Positions 9,890 to 20,042 of a stretch of DNA of 64,000 nucleotides are shown piece by piece. Under the pieces are notes generated by a model. That model had not been told where the DNA came from. It ran no database searches and saw nothing but the letters and a program-made list of their open reading frames with translations. A program made the position numbers and the translations under genes. The first letter of the stretch is position 1. Every line of letters begins with the position of its first letter. The stretch comes from Candidatus Melainabacteria bacterium 17Bon1m (GTDB taxonomy: Bacteria > Cyanobacteriota > Vampirovibrionia > Obscuribacterales > Obscuribacteraceae). The stretch covers positions 206,936 to 270,935 of the forward strand of contig JAVLKG010000009.1 of NCBI GenBank assembly GCA_032128875.1, given 5' to 3'.

Positions 9890-11167
9890 ATGTCAGAGCA
9901 GAAAAAACACGAGCCAGTTAAAGAGCAACTGCGTTTCAGCGCTGCACCTGATTCTGGTGATCAACGCGCCGACCTCGTTGTGGCGCCGCATGAAGACGGT
10001 CAGTCGTTTGAAAATCAACTTGCCGTCGATAAGTCGAACGCAATTGAGTTGCAAGATAAGTCGCAGTCGAGAGAAGCAGAAGTGCAACCAAAGGCCTTGA
10101 AGACACTTGTCGGCACAGATTCCGACAGGCTAGCCAAGATAGTTGGCGATCCGCACGCAGCGGAAAGCCATTGGTATCCAGCCGCTGAAGCTGCTGGCGA
10201 TAAAGATCTTTCCGGCGCGCCGAGCATGGCGAAGGTCATAATGTTTCGCGCAGCCGCTGTGGTTGGCGTTGTTTTCTCCTTCTTGAGTATTCTGGCTTGC
10301 TACACGAGTTCTATATATCTGAGTGCGCACTTCGGTCAATTCGCTCTGGGACTCAACAACAACCTTTTCATCAATGACCTTGTTGGGCTCGATTATGTAG
10401 GTTTTTTTGTCTCTGGCGCAGCATGTCTGATGTTTTGGTCTTCATTCTTTGGTTTCTACAAAAGGACTTTCCGGTATCTGAGCATCGCTTTGTTCATGGG
10501 GATAATGCTCCACTCGATCAATTTCCACCTGATGATTGGCCTGCCCGGCTCTGTTGTTTTTGCGCTCGCTTACCTGCCTGTTCTCTTGTTGGTTCAATGG
10601 ATTGGAGGCGCCTGTCGCGATGCGCTGCCTATGCATATTGGCAGTAAAAAGCTTGCCAATGCACTTTTGCCGGCGGTCGCTTTTCCTGCCGTAGCCATGG
10701 GTTTGAGCCTGCTCTACATCTTTAGTCCGCTGAACCCTCCGGGAAATTCTCTATACGAAGATGGCACCGTAACCTCATTCGGAATCAATGCAGTGCTCGT
10801 CATACTCTGCAGTTTTATCCCCGGCTTTGTGCTGGCAAGATCAACAAATTCCAAGTCTCCCGTGGGGTCAGCAACGCTTGCGACGTTGCTGCAAGCGCCC
10901 TTGCTCGTCGGAATGCTTCTGACGATTGGCGCTTGCTTATTCCTGGGCTGGTTTGCTGGCACGAGTTTTGCAGCGCATCCGTCAATGGCTTTCCTCAACG
11001 GGATGGGCAGTGGCAATTGGTCTCAGTTTGGTGGACCAAAAGGGCTTGCCATTTTGGCGGGGGCGCTTTTCGCTGGTTTGTCCGCGGCGGCTGGCGGGTC
11101 TTTAGGCGCGTGGTGCAACACCCATTTCCGAGATAAAACGGACGTAAAGCCCATCGAAATGGGTTGA
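9890..11167 (+). CDS. Polytopic membrane protein of unknown function
   Basis: Hydrophilic N-terminus followed by about 8 hydrophobic segments. Confidence 0.75.
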   Translation: MSEQKKHEPVKEQLRFSAAPDSGDQRADLVVAPHEDGQSFENQLAVDKSNAIELQDKSQSREAEVQPKALKTLVGTDSDRLAKIVGDPHAAESHWYPAAEAAGDKDLSGAPSMAKVIMFRAAAVVGVVFSFLSILACYTSSIYLSAHFGQFALGLNNNLFINDLVGLDYVGFFVSGAACLMFWSSFFGFYKRTFRYLSIALFMGIMLHSINFHLMIGLPGSVVFALAYLPVLLLVQWIGGACRDALPMHIGSKKLANALLPAVAFPAVAMGLSLLYIFSPLNPPGNSLYEDGTVTSFGINAVLVILCSFIPGFVLARSTNSKSPVGSATLATLLQAPLLVGMLLTIGACLFLGWFAGTSFAAHPSMAFLNGMGSGNWSQFGGPKGLAILAGALFAGLSAAAGGSLGAWCNTHFRDKTDVKPIEMG

Positions 11168-11173
11168 AACTTT

Positions 11174-11227
11174 GTAAGAGGGACGACGCCATACGTCTCC
11201 CGGGCGATGCATGGCATCGCCCCTACG
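11174..11227. repeat. Inverted REP pair (one degenerate)
   Basis: GTAAGAGGGACGACGCCATACGTCTCCC followed by the reverse complement of GTAGGGGCGATGCCATGCATCGCCC. Confidence 0.75.
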
Positions 11228-11378
11228 CCTGTTAAACGTTAAAGCTAAAACCATAGCCAGCGCTTCGATTGCGGCAGCTATGGTTTCAAAGAGTGCATTG
11301 TTGCGCGTTATAAGGCATTTTTTTGGCCAAGAACCGAATACGGTTGATGGCCAATATTGCTCAATTAACAGGTCCGAA

Positions 11379-11603
11379 TTAGACCTGAACGACGCGTTTG
11401 ATGTCAGGCATCTCCTCTTTGATGGCGCGCTCTACGCCCATCTTGAGGGTCATGGTCGAGCTGGGGCACATGCCGCATGCTCCGACCAGGTGAACAAAGA
11501 CTTCTCCGTCTTTTACGTCCACCAGTTCAATGTTTCCGCCGTCCATCATCAGCATTGGACGGAGTTTGTCGAGAATTGCTTCTACTTGATCGCGCATGCT
11601 CAA
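11379..11603 (-). CDS. NifU C-terminal domain (Nfu) Fe-S carrier
   Basis: LRPMLMMDGGNIELV, GACGMCPSSTMTLKMGVE. Confidence 0.93.
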   Translation of the reverse strand: MSMRDQVEAILDKLRPMLMMDGGNIELVDVKDGEVFVHLVGACGMCPSSTMTLKMGVERAIKEEMPDIKRVVQV

Positions 11604-11946
11604 ACCTCAGCTCTATCAGTTTTTACACCACTCCGGATCTCTAGCTTATCAAAATGACGTAGCTGAGGCGGGTAGCCAAGTAAAAGGGTAAGGTCCAAAC
11701 GGGGAAATATGGCGCTAAATCACCAAAAATAAAGATTTGTCCCGGCAATTGCTTTAAACACCATAAAACATATGGGGTTTGGAGCTTCTCCGTACTATCC
11801 TCTAACCAGCGCACCCGCCGAAAGGCTGGCGAATTGCCGACTCCACGTGACATCCCGCGTGGCAAGCCGGGAGAAACGTGAATTAGCGCGATACCGCGCA
11901 ACTTAGCAAACCAACGGTACTGAACGACCATGGAGAAGAGAAACAG

Positions 11947-12969
11947 ATGGTAAGAGTAGCAATTAACGGGTTCGGTCGTATCGGCCGCAACGCCCTCCGT
12001 GCCTATTTGCACAACGCCGGAAAAGAGTTCGAAATCGTCGCCATCAACGATCCGCTGCAGGATCTGCCTACCTCGGCACACTTGCTGAAGTATGACTCCA
12101 TCCTCGGCGAACTGCCTTTCGAAGTTAACCAACTCGAAGACGGTCTCGAAGTAAACGGCAAGAAAATCAAGTTCTACAAAGAAAAAGACCCGTCGACCTG
12201 CCCGTGGTCTGCTGAAAAAATCGACATCGTGCTCGAGTGCTCCGGTGTTTTCACTAAAGCAGAAAAGGCAAAAGGTCACATCACCGCCGGCGCCAAGAAG
12301 GTTCTTATCTCGGCACCTGCAACCGATGAAGACATCACCGTTGTTCTCGGCGTCAACGACAAAGACTACAACCCCGAGAAGCACAACATCATCTCGAACG
12401 CCAGCTGCACCACCAACTGCTTGGCTCCAGTAGCGAAGGTTATCGACGAAGCATTCGGCATCGAATGCGGTTTGATGACCACCATCCACAGCTACACCCT
12501 CGACCAACGCTTGCTCGACACCGGTCACTCCGACCTGCGCCGCGCCCGCGCTGCTGCCGAATCGATGATTCCTTCGTCGACCGGCGCTGCCAAAGCAATC
12601 GGTCTCGTATTGCCGCACCTCAAGGGCAAACTGAACGGCTTCGCAATGCGCGTGCCGACTCCGAACGTATCGGTTGTCGACCTCGTCGCCACCGTCAAGA
12701 AAGACACCACCAAAGAAGAGATCAACAAGGTGCTCAAAGAAGCAGCCGGCAAGGGTCTCAAGAACATCATGGGTGTCAGCGATGTTCCGCTCGTATCCAT
12801 CGATTACAAGGGCAACAAACTGTCCTCAATCGTTGATGCTGACCTCACCATGGTTGCTGAAAAGCGCATGATCAAAGTCATCGCCTGGTACGACAACGAG
12901 TGGGGCTACAGCAACCGCTTGATCGAACTGGCAACAATGGTCGCCAGCAAATTGGCCGTCAAGGTCTAA
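11947..12969 (+). CDS. gap: Type I glyceraldehyde-3-phosphate dehydrogenase
   Basis: INGFGRIGR, SNASCTTNCLAP, RVPT, WYDNEWGYS; strongly biased codon use. Confidence 0.99.
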   Translation: MVRVAINGFGRIGRNALRAYLHNAGKEFEIVAINDPLQDLPTSAHLLKYDSILGELPFEVNQLEDGLEVNGKKIKFYKEKDPSTCPWSAEKIDIVLECSGVFTKAEKAKGHITAGAKKVLISAPATDEDITVVLGVNDKDYNPEKHNIISNASCTTNCLAPVAKVIDEAFGIECGLMTTIHSYTLDQRLLDTGHSDLRRARAAAESMIPSSTGAAKAIGLVLPHLKGKLNGFAMRVPTPNVSVVDLVATVKKDTTKEEINKVLKEAAGKGLKNIMGVSDVPLVSIDYKGNKLSSIVDADLTMVAEKRMIKVIAWYDNEWGYSNRLIELATMVASKLAVKV

Positions 12970-13129
12970 ATTAATCGGAAACCGCCTCGGTTGGCGGTTG
13001 CAGCGTAATGTAGGGGTGACGCTATTCGTCGCCAGTCCAAGAGACCTAATCTCAACTACGGCGCAGCAACTAAAAAACCGGGGCGGTTCCTTTATTACTA
13101 TCACCACCCAACACCTTCGGGAGTCGAGT

Positions 13130-14398
13130 ATGAAACTCAGCATTGCTCAGGCGGGAGCCGATACCTTCGAAAATAAGCGCGTGCTTGTTCGTGTTGACTA
13201 CAATGTTCCGCAGCACGAAGATGGCTCTGTTGCTGATGATTCTCGCATTCGCGGCAGCTTGCAGACGATTGAATTCCTGCACAAGGCTGGCGCCAAAATA
13301 ATTCTCTGTTCGCACCTCGGACGCCCGAAAGGCACGAAGAATGAGAAATACAGCCTGCGTCCGATCTCGACGAGACTCTCTCAACTGCTCAGTGACAATG
13401 TTGGGTGCACCGCGAAGTTTGTCGGTGATTGCGTTGGTCCTGAAGTGGAAAAGGCAATCTCCGAGATGAAACCAGGTGACGTGCTCCTTCTCGAAAACGT
13501 CCGCTTCTATGCCGAAGAGGAGAAGAATGACGACGAGTTTTCCAAGAAGCTCGCTTCTCTGGCTGACGTTTATGTCAGCGATGCGTTTGGCGCAGTTCAC
13601 CGCGCTCACGCTTCCACCGAAGGCGTCTCCAAGCACCTGAAACCGGCTCTGGCAGGTTTCCTTCTGGACAAAGAAATTAGAATGCTCACCCAGGCGCTTG
13701 ATCCAACCCGCCCAGTCGCCACCATTATCGGTGGTGCGAAAGTTTCCTCCAAAATCGGTGTTTTGCAAAATCTTCTCGGTCGCGTCGACACGATTATTAT
13801 CGGCGGTGCGATGGCTTTCACCTTCTTCAAAGCCCGTGGGCTGGAAGTTGGCAAGTCCTTGGTAGAAGATGATAGGCTGGACTATTGCAAACAGTTGGAG
13901 AAAGAAGCTGAGGAAGAAGGGGTAAAACTTATTTTGCCGATCGACGTTGTTGTAGCTCCGAAATTTCCTGGTGAAGGAGATGCCCTTCCGGCAGAGCCGC
14001 ACGTTGTATCGATCGATGCTATCCCCTCAGACCAGATGGGTTTAGACATCGGACCGAAGACCATCGCGCTGATTCATGATGAATTGTCGAAGTGCAAGAC
14101 AATTGTGTTCAACGGACCGATGGGTGTGTTTGAACACGGTTATGAAGCCGGCACTTACCGTCTCATTGACGAGCTTGTAAAACTCACAGAGCAGGGTGTT
14201 GTCACCATTGTTGGCGGCGGCGACTCAGTTAGCGCAGTGCGTGCCCACGGCATCAACGAAAACCAGTTTACACACGTGAGCACCGGTGGCGGTGCCTCGT
14301 TGGAATTTTTGGAAGGTAAGGAATTGCCTGGCATTGCCTGCCTCGACAATGCGCCGAAGGGTGCTACGCGCGAGTTGGATGCAGTTCGAAAAAACTAA
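13130..14398 (+). CDS. pgk: Phosphoglycerate kinase
   Basis: RVDYNVP, SHLGRP, LLENVRF, GGAKVSSK, GGGDS, HVSTGGGASLE; ATG 13130 follows GGGAG. Confidence 0.98.
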   Translation: MKLSIAQAGADTFENKRVLVRVDYNVPQHEDGSVADDSRIRGSLQTIEFLHKAGAKIILCSHLGRPKGTKNEKYSLRPISTRLSQLLSDNVGCTAKFVGDCVGPEVEKAISEMKPGDVLLLENVRFYAEEEKNDDEFSKKLASLADVYVSDAFGAVHRAHASTEGVSKHLKPALAGFLLDKEIRMLTQALDPTRPVATIIGGAKVSSKIGVLQNLLGRVDTIIIGGAMAFTFFKARGLEVGKSLVEDDRLDYCKQLEKEAEEEGVKLILPIDVVVAPKFPGEGDALPAEPHVVSIDAIPSDQMGLDIGPKTIALIHDELSKCKTIVFNGPMGVFEHGYEAGTYRLIDELVKLTEQGVVTIVGGGDSVSAVRAHGINENQFTHVSTGGGASLEFLEGKELPGIACLDNAPKGATRELDAVRKN

Positions 14399-14442
14399 CC
14401 GACCAACCAAATCAATAGCAAGTCACTAGCAAGGAACTAGCG

Positions 14443-16464
14443 ATGCCGAAAAGAATTGACGGGAAAACGACCTCGATTTTTGTTAGTTTTGCTTTGTCGT
14501 TGACTTTGGTTTCTTTCACAACGTTGGAGCCCGTCGCGTTCGCGCAAACTTACACGGATGCGCAAGGACGCTCGATTACGAAAGAAGAGTACGATGCTGG
14601 GCAACTAGTGAATGAGGCGTCGCAGCTTCTCAATCAGAACAAAAATGCAGAAGCTTTGTTCAGACTGGAGAGTGCGGTGCGCATTGCGCCCAACATGCCT
14701 GATGCGCACTACAACTACGGTATTGCCCTCGCAAAGATGGGGCAAACCGAAGAAGCTGTAAGGCAGTATCAAGAGGCTTCACGCCTCAATCCTCAGATGC
14801 CGTATGCCTGGATGAACCTCGGTGCGAGCTATCAGATGCTCGGAAAAATTGAAGAAGCCGTGCAAGCGTACACTGAGTTTGTAACGCGTTTTCCTTCCAA
14901 TCCGGAAGCAGGCAAATTGCGAAATCTGATTCAAGGGTTGAATAAAGAACTTGGTCGCCAAACCAATCTTCCCGCCGCGCGGCCACCGCAACAGGCACAG
15001 GCTCAACAAGCCCAGCCTCAACAAGCACAGCCTCAACAGGCACAACCTCAACAGGCACAGCAAGCACAACAACCGGCTACGCAAAGCAATAACTTCCAGC
15101 CTATTAACGCCACCAACAATTTCCAACCGATTGGTGATGGCTCGCAGGGATTTGCTGCTCCACAAAAGGCAAAAACCGATTGGAGTAAGGGCTCAACGAG
15201 TGGCGCCTCATCGTCTTCGTCCCAGCCTGGGCTGAGCGAATGGCAAGGTAGCGATTCTTCAAGTAGCTCCGGCTCAAATCCGTCCGCTGGCTCTAGTTCG
15301 AATTCTTCAGGCGGCTCTAATTCCGTCGGCCTCAGCGGCTGGCAAGGCACTGATAGCAGCTCTAGTGGCGGAAACTCCGGTGGTTCGCAAGGCAACTTCC
15401 AGCCGGTTGGTAAAGCTGGCGGTGCGCAAGGGAATTTCCAACCAATTGGAAAGGCTGGCGGCGCGCAAGGTGACGGATTTCAGCCGTTGGGGAACGTTAA
15501 AACTCAAGGTGGTGGATTCCAGCCCATTGGTGGCGGTGGCAGTGGCTCACAAGCTAACTTTCAGCCGATAGGAAACTCGGGTGGTTCGCAAGGTAACTTT
15601 CAGCCGATTGGCAACGTTGGTGGTTCGCAAGGCAACTTCCAACCCATAGGAAACCCTGCTTCTCAAGGCAATTTCCAACCAATTGGCAATGTCGGGCAAG
15701 GTGCTGCCGACCCGAGCAGTTTTGGTCCGCCGGATGAAGCACCGGCACAGCCATATCAACAGCAGCCACCAGCGCAGATGCAGCAACCTGGGCAAAGACC
15801 CAATCAACCTCCGGTTCAACGTCCTCAAGTTGCATCCGCAGCGCCACGCCAAAATCCTAGCGCTGGACAGCCTGCAGCGCGTCCCACTACAGGCGGTGGC
15901 ACTGCGCCAGGCTCTGCCGGAAACGCAGCATCAAATTATCTCAATGATGTTGGTGGTGCTCGACTCGGAAGATGGCCTTCAAGTCGTATGCCTCTAAAAG
16001 TTTGCATTATTCCCGCAGCGAATGTGAAGGGCTACCAGCCGGCGTTTGACCAATGTCTGATCAAATGTTTCCAAGACTGGGGTAACTGTTCTGGTGGCAA
16101 AATTTCATTCAAGGGAGTCAGCGATCCGAAAACAGCGGATATTGTTTGCACTTGGACGAGTGATACCAGCAAGTTCATGAACTCTGCCGAAGCCGGCGAA
16201 ACCACAGTGTACGGCTCACAGGCTGGAATTCAGCATGTGACAATGCTTGTCCTCACTGTTCCGCACCCAATGTCTCCCAGTATTCCCGTTTCCGAAAATC
16301 GCTTACGCTGGATCTGCTTGCATGAAATTGGACATGCGCTCGGTCTAGGTGGGCATACTCGAAACCCACAGGACATCATGTTCTTCACTACACCACTGGC
16401 TGACGTATGGAAAGACCTCACGCCTAGAGATTGCAATACGATTCAGGCTCTGTACTCGAAGTAA
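14443..16464 (+). CDS. Exported TPR + low-complexity repeat + matrixin (M10) metalloprotease
   Basis: Signal peptide; TPRs; Q/S/G-rich linker; HEIGHALGLGGH...DIM Met-turn. Confidence 0.88.
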   Translation: MPKRIDGKTTSIFVSFALSLTLVSFTTLEPVAFAQTYTDAQGRSITKEEYDAGQLVNEASQLLNQNKNAEALFRLESAVRIAPNMPDAHYNYGIALAKMGQTEEAVRQYQEASRLNPQMPYAWMNLGASYQMLGKIEEAVQAYTEFVTRFPSNPEAGKLRNLIQGLNKELGRQTNLPAARPPQQAQAQQAQPQQAQPQQAQPQQAQQAQQPATQSNNFQPINATNNFQPIGDGSQGFAAPQKAKTDWSKGSTSGASSSSSQPGLSEWQGSDSSSSSGSNPSAGSSSNSSGGSNSVGLSGWQGTDSSSSGGNSGGSQGNFQPVGKAGGAQGNFQPIGKAGGAQGDGFQPLGNVKTQGGGFQPIGGGGSGSQANFQPIGNSGGSQGNFQPIGNVGGSQGNFQPIGNPASQGNFQPIGNVGQGAADPSSFGPPDEAPAQPYQQQPPAQMQQPGQRPNQPPVQRPQVASAAPRQNPSAGQPAARPTTGGGTAPGSAGNAASNYLNDVGGARLGRWPSSRMPLKVCIIPAANVKGYQPAFDQCLIKCFQDWGNCSGGKISFKGVSDPKTADIVCTWTSDTSKFMNSAEAGETTVYGSQAGIQHVTMLVLTVPHPMSPSIPVSENRLRWICLHEIGHALGLGGHTRNPQDIMFFTTPLADVWKDLTPRDCNTIQALYSK

Positions 16465-16465
16465 C

Positions 16466-16495
16466 CGTAGGGTCGACGCCATGCTCCGACCCTAC
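16466..16495. repeat. REP-like hairpin between convergent genes
   Basis: GTAGGGTCG-acgccatgctc-CGACCCTAC. Confidence 0.8.
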
Positions 16496-16518
16496 ACTAG
16501 TGAATCTGTACGAGATTT

Positions 16519-17868
16519 CTACTGAGCTTGAGCTGACGCGCTCTGCTTTGTCGATTTGTTCATACGTTTATCAAAGTTGGTTTCTATGTATCTGATGGGC
16601 AATGTGATTCGCCATGACAGGCTGTTCTTCAGTCGCCAAATTTGGTTTTCCAGGTAAATCTCATAGACTTCTTGCTTTTTGAAAGCATCATTGTTTGTGG
16701 TGCACAAACCTTCGCTGAACTCTTCGGCATTCAGGCGTTTGTTTAACTCACGAAGATATTTCGACATTCTCCACGAGCGGCTATTGAGATAGGCGGAATA
16801 CTCTGTTTCCAGTTCGTTGATTCTATCGGAGCGGTCTTGTGAAAAACGCTCACTATGTTCGAAGCGGTTTGCGCCCAGCTCCGCATCAGTTGTGCCGTTG
16901 CGAAGGCGCCACCTATCGCTGTGTACCTTGTCCAGCACTCGCAGCGCGAGTTCGAAATACTCTTCCGAAGGGACGGAGGCGATCAATTTTTTTGCTTCAT
17001 CTGAAAGACGGATGCCTTGTGAATTGATCACTGGAGCATATTCCCTCACGGCAACCTCAGATTCCGAGAGAATCGCATTCATCGACTTCTCGTAGAAATT
17101 CTCTTTCGCGCCCTCCATAGATGCCAGCGCCGGTCCATAGAGTTTGCCAAATCTCAGCAGCTCGATTGAGTCTAGAAGCAATTTTTTGTTCGCTTTTGTT
17201 GCGCTTGTTTCGTGAACTCTGAAAGAACATAGCGGCGTTTCGATAAAGAAATAACTGCCATGCATCAGTATGCGCAGCCAATATTCGAGATCACCGAGAT
17301 GGCGAAAAGACTCGTCAAAGCCAGTTCCTTTGCAGTCTGCACGAAACATGACAGCTGAAGGTTCCCCTATTTCGTTGCACACACTGCGCAAGCAGCGTTT
17401 TAGTACTTCTGTGCCTTCGACTGGACTCGCAGTTTGAAGAGGCTCAAAGCCTTTTGCGTGGGTGGGCAATTTCCTTCCGCTGTCGTCAATAACCCATTTA
17501 TTTAGGCTGAGCAAGGCAATTGACGGATGTGCAGCAAAAACTTCGATGGCACGAGCTAGTGCCTCTGGGTGCAGCAAATCATCTTGGGCAAATGGTTTGA
17601 TAAAGTTGCCGCACGCTTCAGACATGCAGCGGTTGTAATTCGCGAAGAGCCCTCGATTGCTCTCACTGGACAATACTTTGATGCGGCTGTCTCGCTGTGC
17701 AAAATCCTGGATTATCTTGAGCGAACTGTCCTTCGAGCAGTCATCCGAAACGATCAGCTCAAAATTTGAGTAGGTTTGGGCCAAAACGCTTTCAATTGCG
17801 CCCTGCAAATGCTTGGAACCATTGAAAACCGGTAAACAGATGGAAACTAGGCTTTTGTCGACTGCCAT
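16519..17868 (-). CDS. Glycosyltransferase family 2
   Basis: VSICLPVFN, DDCSKD, AQDD, IGEPSAVMFR; C-terminal SxSWR repeats. Confidence 0.92.
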   Translation of the reverse strand: MAVDKSLVSICLPVFNGSKHLQGAIESVLAQTYSNFELIVSDDCSKDSSLKIIQDFAQRDSRIKVLSSESNRGLFANYNRCMSEACGNFIKPFAQDDLLHPEALARAIEVFAAHPSIALLSLNKWVIDDSGRKLPTHAKGFEPLQTASPVEGTEVLKRCLRSVCNEIGEPSAVMFRADCKGTGFDESFRHLGDLEYWLRILMHGSYFFIETPLCSFRVHETSATKANKKLLLDSIELLRFGKLYGPALASMEGAKENFYEKSMNAILSESEVAVREYAPVINSQGIRLSDEAKKLIASVPSEEYFELALRVLDKVHSDRWRLRNGTTDAELGANRFEHSERFSQDRSDRINELETEYSAYLNSRSWRMSKYLRELNKRLNAEEFSEGLCTTNNDAFKKQEVYEIYLENQIWRLKNSLSWRITLPIRYIETNFDKRMNKSTKQSASAQAQ

Positions 17869-17977
17869 AAATGCTTTCGTGAAACTTGCTAAGTTCTGAC
17901 CATGCCATTGGCCGTGCCTTTAGCCAACTCTTCAACCAAGTATAGGGGCGATGCTTCCTGGCAACCAGTGATTACAT

Positions 17978-19981
17978 TTAAGCTAGTAATGCCACTATTT
18001 CGGCTGTTCGGGTTTTCATTCGCGCTCCGACACTGGCCAGCGAGTGATTGTTTCGCACGTACTGGGCGCCAGCCCTTCCGATGCGAGCGGCAAGCTGACT
18101 ATCGGCTACAAGATTGCGCATATGTTTTGCTGCGCAATCGATATCCGCGTCCGCCCACTTCTGCCCTTCGCTAAAGCGATAATCCCCTGGTTCAATGGGA
18201 ATGAGCCTGTAATCAACCAAGCAGCAAGTATCTGGTAAGCAAAAATCGGTATTGCCACTGTAATTGGTTGCAATCGTGGGTTTTCCAAGCAACATTGCTT
18301 CTGCGATAGTCATGCCGAATCCTTCCGCGCGGTGAAGTGAGACATAGGCATCACACACCATTTGCAGTCCAAACGTTTCTTCCTTTGAAAAATTTGCTTC
18401 GATAAGGAAAATTCGCGTATCTCTCTTTGCCATCTCGCGCAAGAGGGCTCCGGCTGGGTCATTCTGCTTGATGTTTTTGGTCTTCAGAACCAAACCGACT
18501 GGCTCACTTCCATTAGGAAAAGCAGCAAGAAACGCATCGATGGCGGCGAATGGGTTCTTTCGCGACAGTCCTGACGAACCATCAAACGTATAGAGAAAGA
18601 GAAAACGCCGTTCAGGCAGCCCGAATTGAAATCGTTGAAATTTCGTTTCCTTTGGTTCACGTATTGCTAGTGGCATGTATATGACGGGCAAATTCAATTG
18701 TCTCTCCATGCATGTGTATTGAAAGCGTGATTGCGCCCATACTTCGTCAAAGAAGAACTCGATTTGCTCTTTGTCAATCGGTGGAAGAGTTTCAAGCTCC
18801 CACGCTCCGAAATAAATTTTGTAGCTGTCACTGTGCAGCGCATCCCATGTACGAGAAAGCTGTGGTATCAGAGAGTATGGAGCACCTACAAATACAGTAG
18901 TCTTGTGATTTGCAGTGTTGGAAATACTCGAATTTAAGCTGTCGTCATTGTAGTTGTGTTCGGAATGAATGTTGGCAAAACTGATCAGACTGGTTGGAAG
19001 TCCTGCATCCAGAGCAGCCATGGCAGTTGTTCGTGCGTGTTCTCCAAGTCCAAAATCTCCAGCCAATGCACCTATAATATTCAGTCCATTCAGCTTATGT
19101 TCAGCAGTCTCGAGAGTGTCAATTTTCTCCCACTTCTGAATGCTTGAGGTGCTTGAAGTGTTTGAGCAATTCCTCGCCCATTCGGCGAAATTTTGCTGGG
19201 CTTGTTTGTCATCCTTTTCCTTTGGATAATCAGGATTTGATTGCCACTGCAAATGCGCAATTCTACTCATATCTGGAAAAGTAGGAGATGGTTGGTTTAG
19301 GTGATCGCCATCGAATTCGCGAACCGCATATGATGCTAGGTTCAGCTGTTCGGTCCCAGAAGATAACAACCAGAGCACATATAGAGCCTGACTGGACAAT
19401 GTTTTGAGCGGAAACGCAATTTGTAGATCTTTCCGGGAAAGCCAAATCCAATGCGCCAGTTTGTTGATTGGAACAGCTAGTTCTCGCATACTAATGTCTG
19501 TGATTTCTGATGCTTCCTTCTGCACTTCTCCTGTTAACATCAGGTGTTTATGCGATCTGAAAAGTGTTGCTCCAAACGTTGACAGAATTTTGCAGTCTCT
19601 TTCAACGCGTAAATTTAGGCTGCTATTTAGCGCTGGGCTGAGCAACCATCGTATTACATCAAGTTTGGATAGCTTTGCGTTTGCACATTCGACTAACTCA
19701 CCATCATAGGCAACATCGAGCAAATTCAAGTCAATTTGAGGCATCCACTCCTGCGGAAATTGATATTCGACTGGACAATGTTCGTGCAACCAAACAAGAA
19801 ATGCGGTTCTGTAAAAAGGCGACGAGAAGGGCATCAAATCGATCAAATCCTGGCGACCGCAATACACGAAGTACGTGAGTCTCGTCAGGCAAACGCCGAG
19901 TTCGGTTGTATATTCCGGTAACTCCTCAAGGAGGCGCGAGATTTGCCAATCTTTGGTAATCGTTGTGAGTTTTTCGGTCAC
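17978..19981 (-). CDS. Glycosyltransferase family 4 with N-terminal extension
   Basis: GLGEHAR, WELE, RKNPFA, SLHRAEGFG..AEAM, ATNYSGN. Confidence 0.9.
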   Translation of the reverse strand: MTEKLTTITKDWQISRLLEELPEYTTELGVCLTRLTYFVYCGRQDLIDLMPFSSPFYRTAFLVWLHEHCPVEYQFPQEWMPQIDLNLLDVAYDGELVECANAKLSKLDVIRWLLSPALNSSLNLRVERDCKILSTFGATLFRSHKHLMLTGEVQKEASEITDISMRELAVPINKLAHWIWLSRKDLQIAFPLKTLSSQALYVLWLLSSGTEQLNLASYAVREFDGDHLNQPSPTFPDMSRIAHLQWQSNPDYPKEKDDKQAQQNFAEWARNCSNTSSTSSIQKWEKIDTLETAEHKLNGLNIIGALAGDFGLGEHARTTAMAALDAGLPTSLISFANIHSEHNYNDDSLNSSISNTANHKTTVFVGAPYSLIPQLSRTWDALHSDSYKIYFGAWELETLPPIDKEQIEFFFDEVWAQSRFQYTCMERQLNLPVIYMPLAIREPKETKFQRFQFGLPERRFLFLYTFDGSSGLSRKNPFAAIDAFLAAFPNGSEPVGLVLKTKNIKQNDPAGALLREMAKRDTRIFLIEANFSKEETFGLQMVCDAYVSLHRAEGFGMTIAEAMLLGKPTIATNYSGNTDFCLPDTCCLVDYRLIPIEPGDYRFSEGQKWADADIDCAAKHMRNLVADSQLAARIGRAGAQYVRNNHSLASVGARMKTRTAEIVALLA

Positions 19982-20042
19982 GATTCGAATGGGATATAAT
20001 TCTTAGATCTGCGAGTTTTTATTCGAGCACAGGACAACAGCG

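Noticed and set aside
11641-12618. 325-aa - strand ORF
   Set aside because: Antisense shadow of the codon-biased gap gene
12998-13129. Extended pgk N-terminus
   Set aside because: PGK similarity begins at ATG 13130; the upstream part is structured intergenic sequence
13070-14002. 310-aa - strand ORF
   Set aside because: Antisense shadow of pgk
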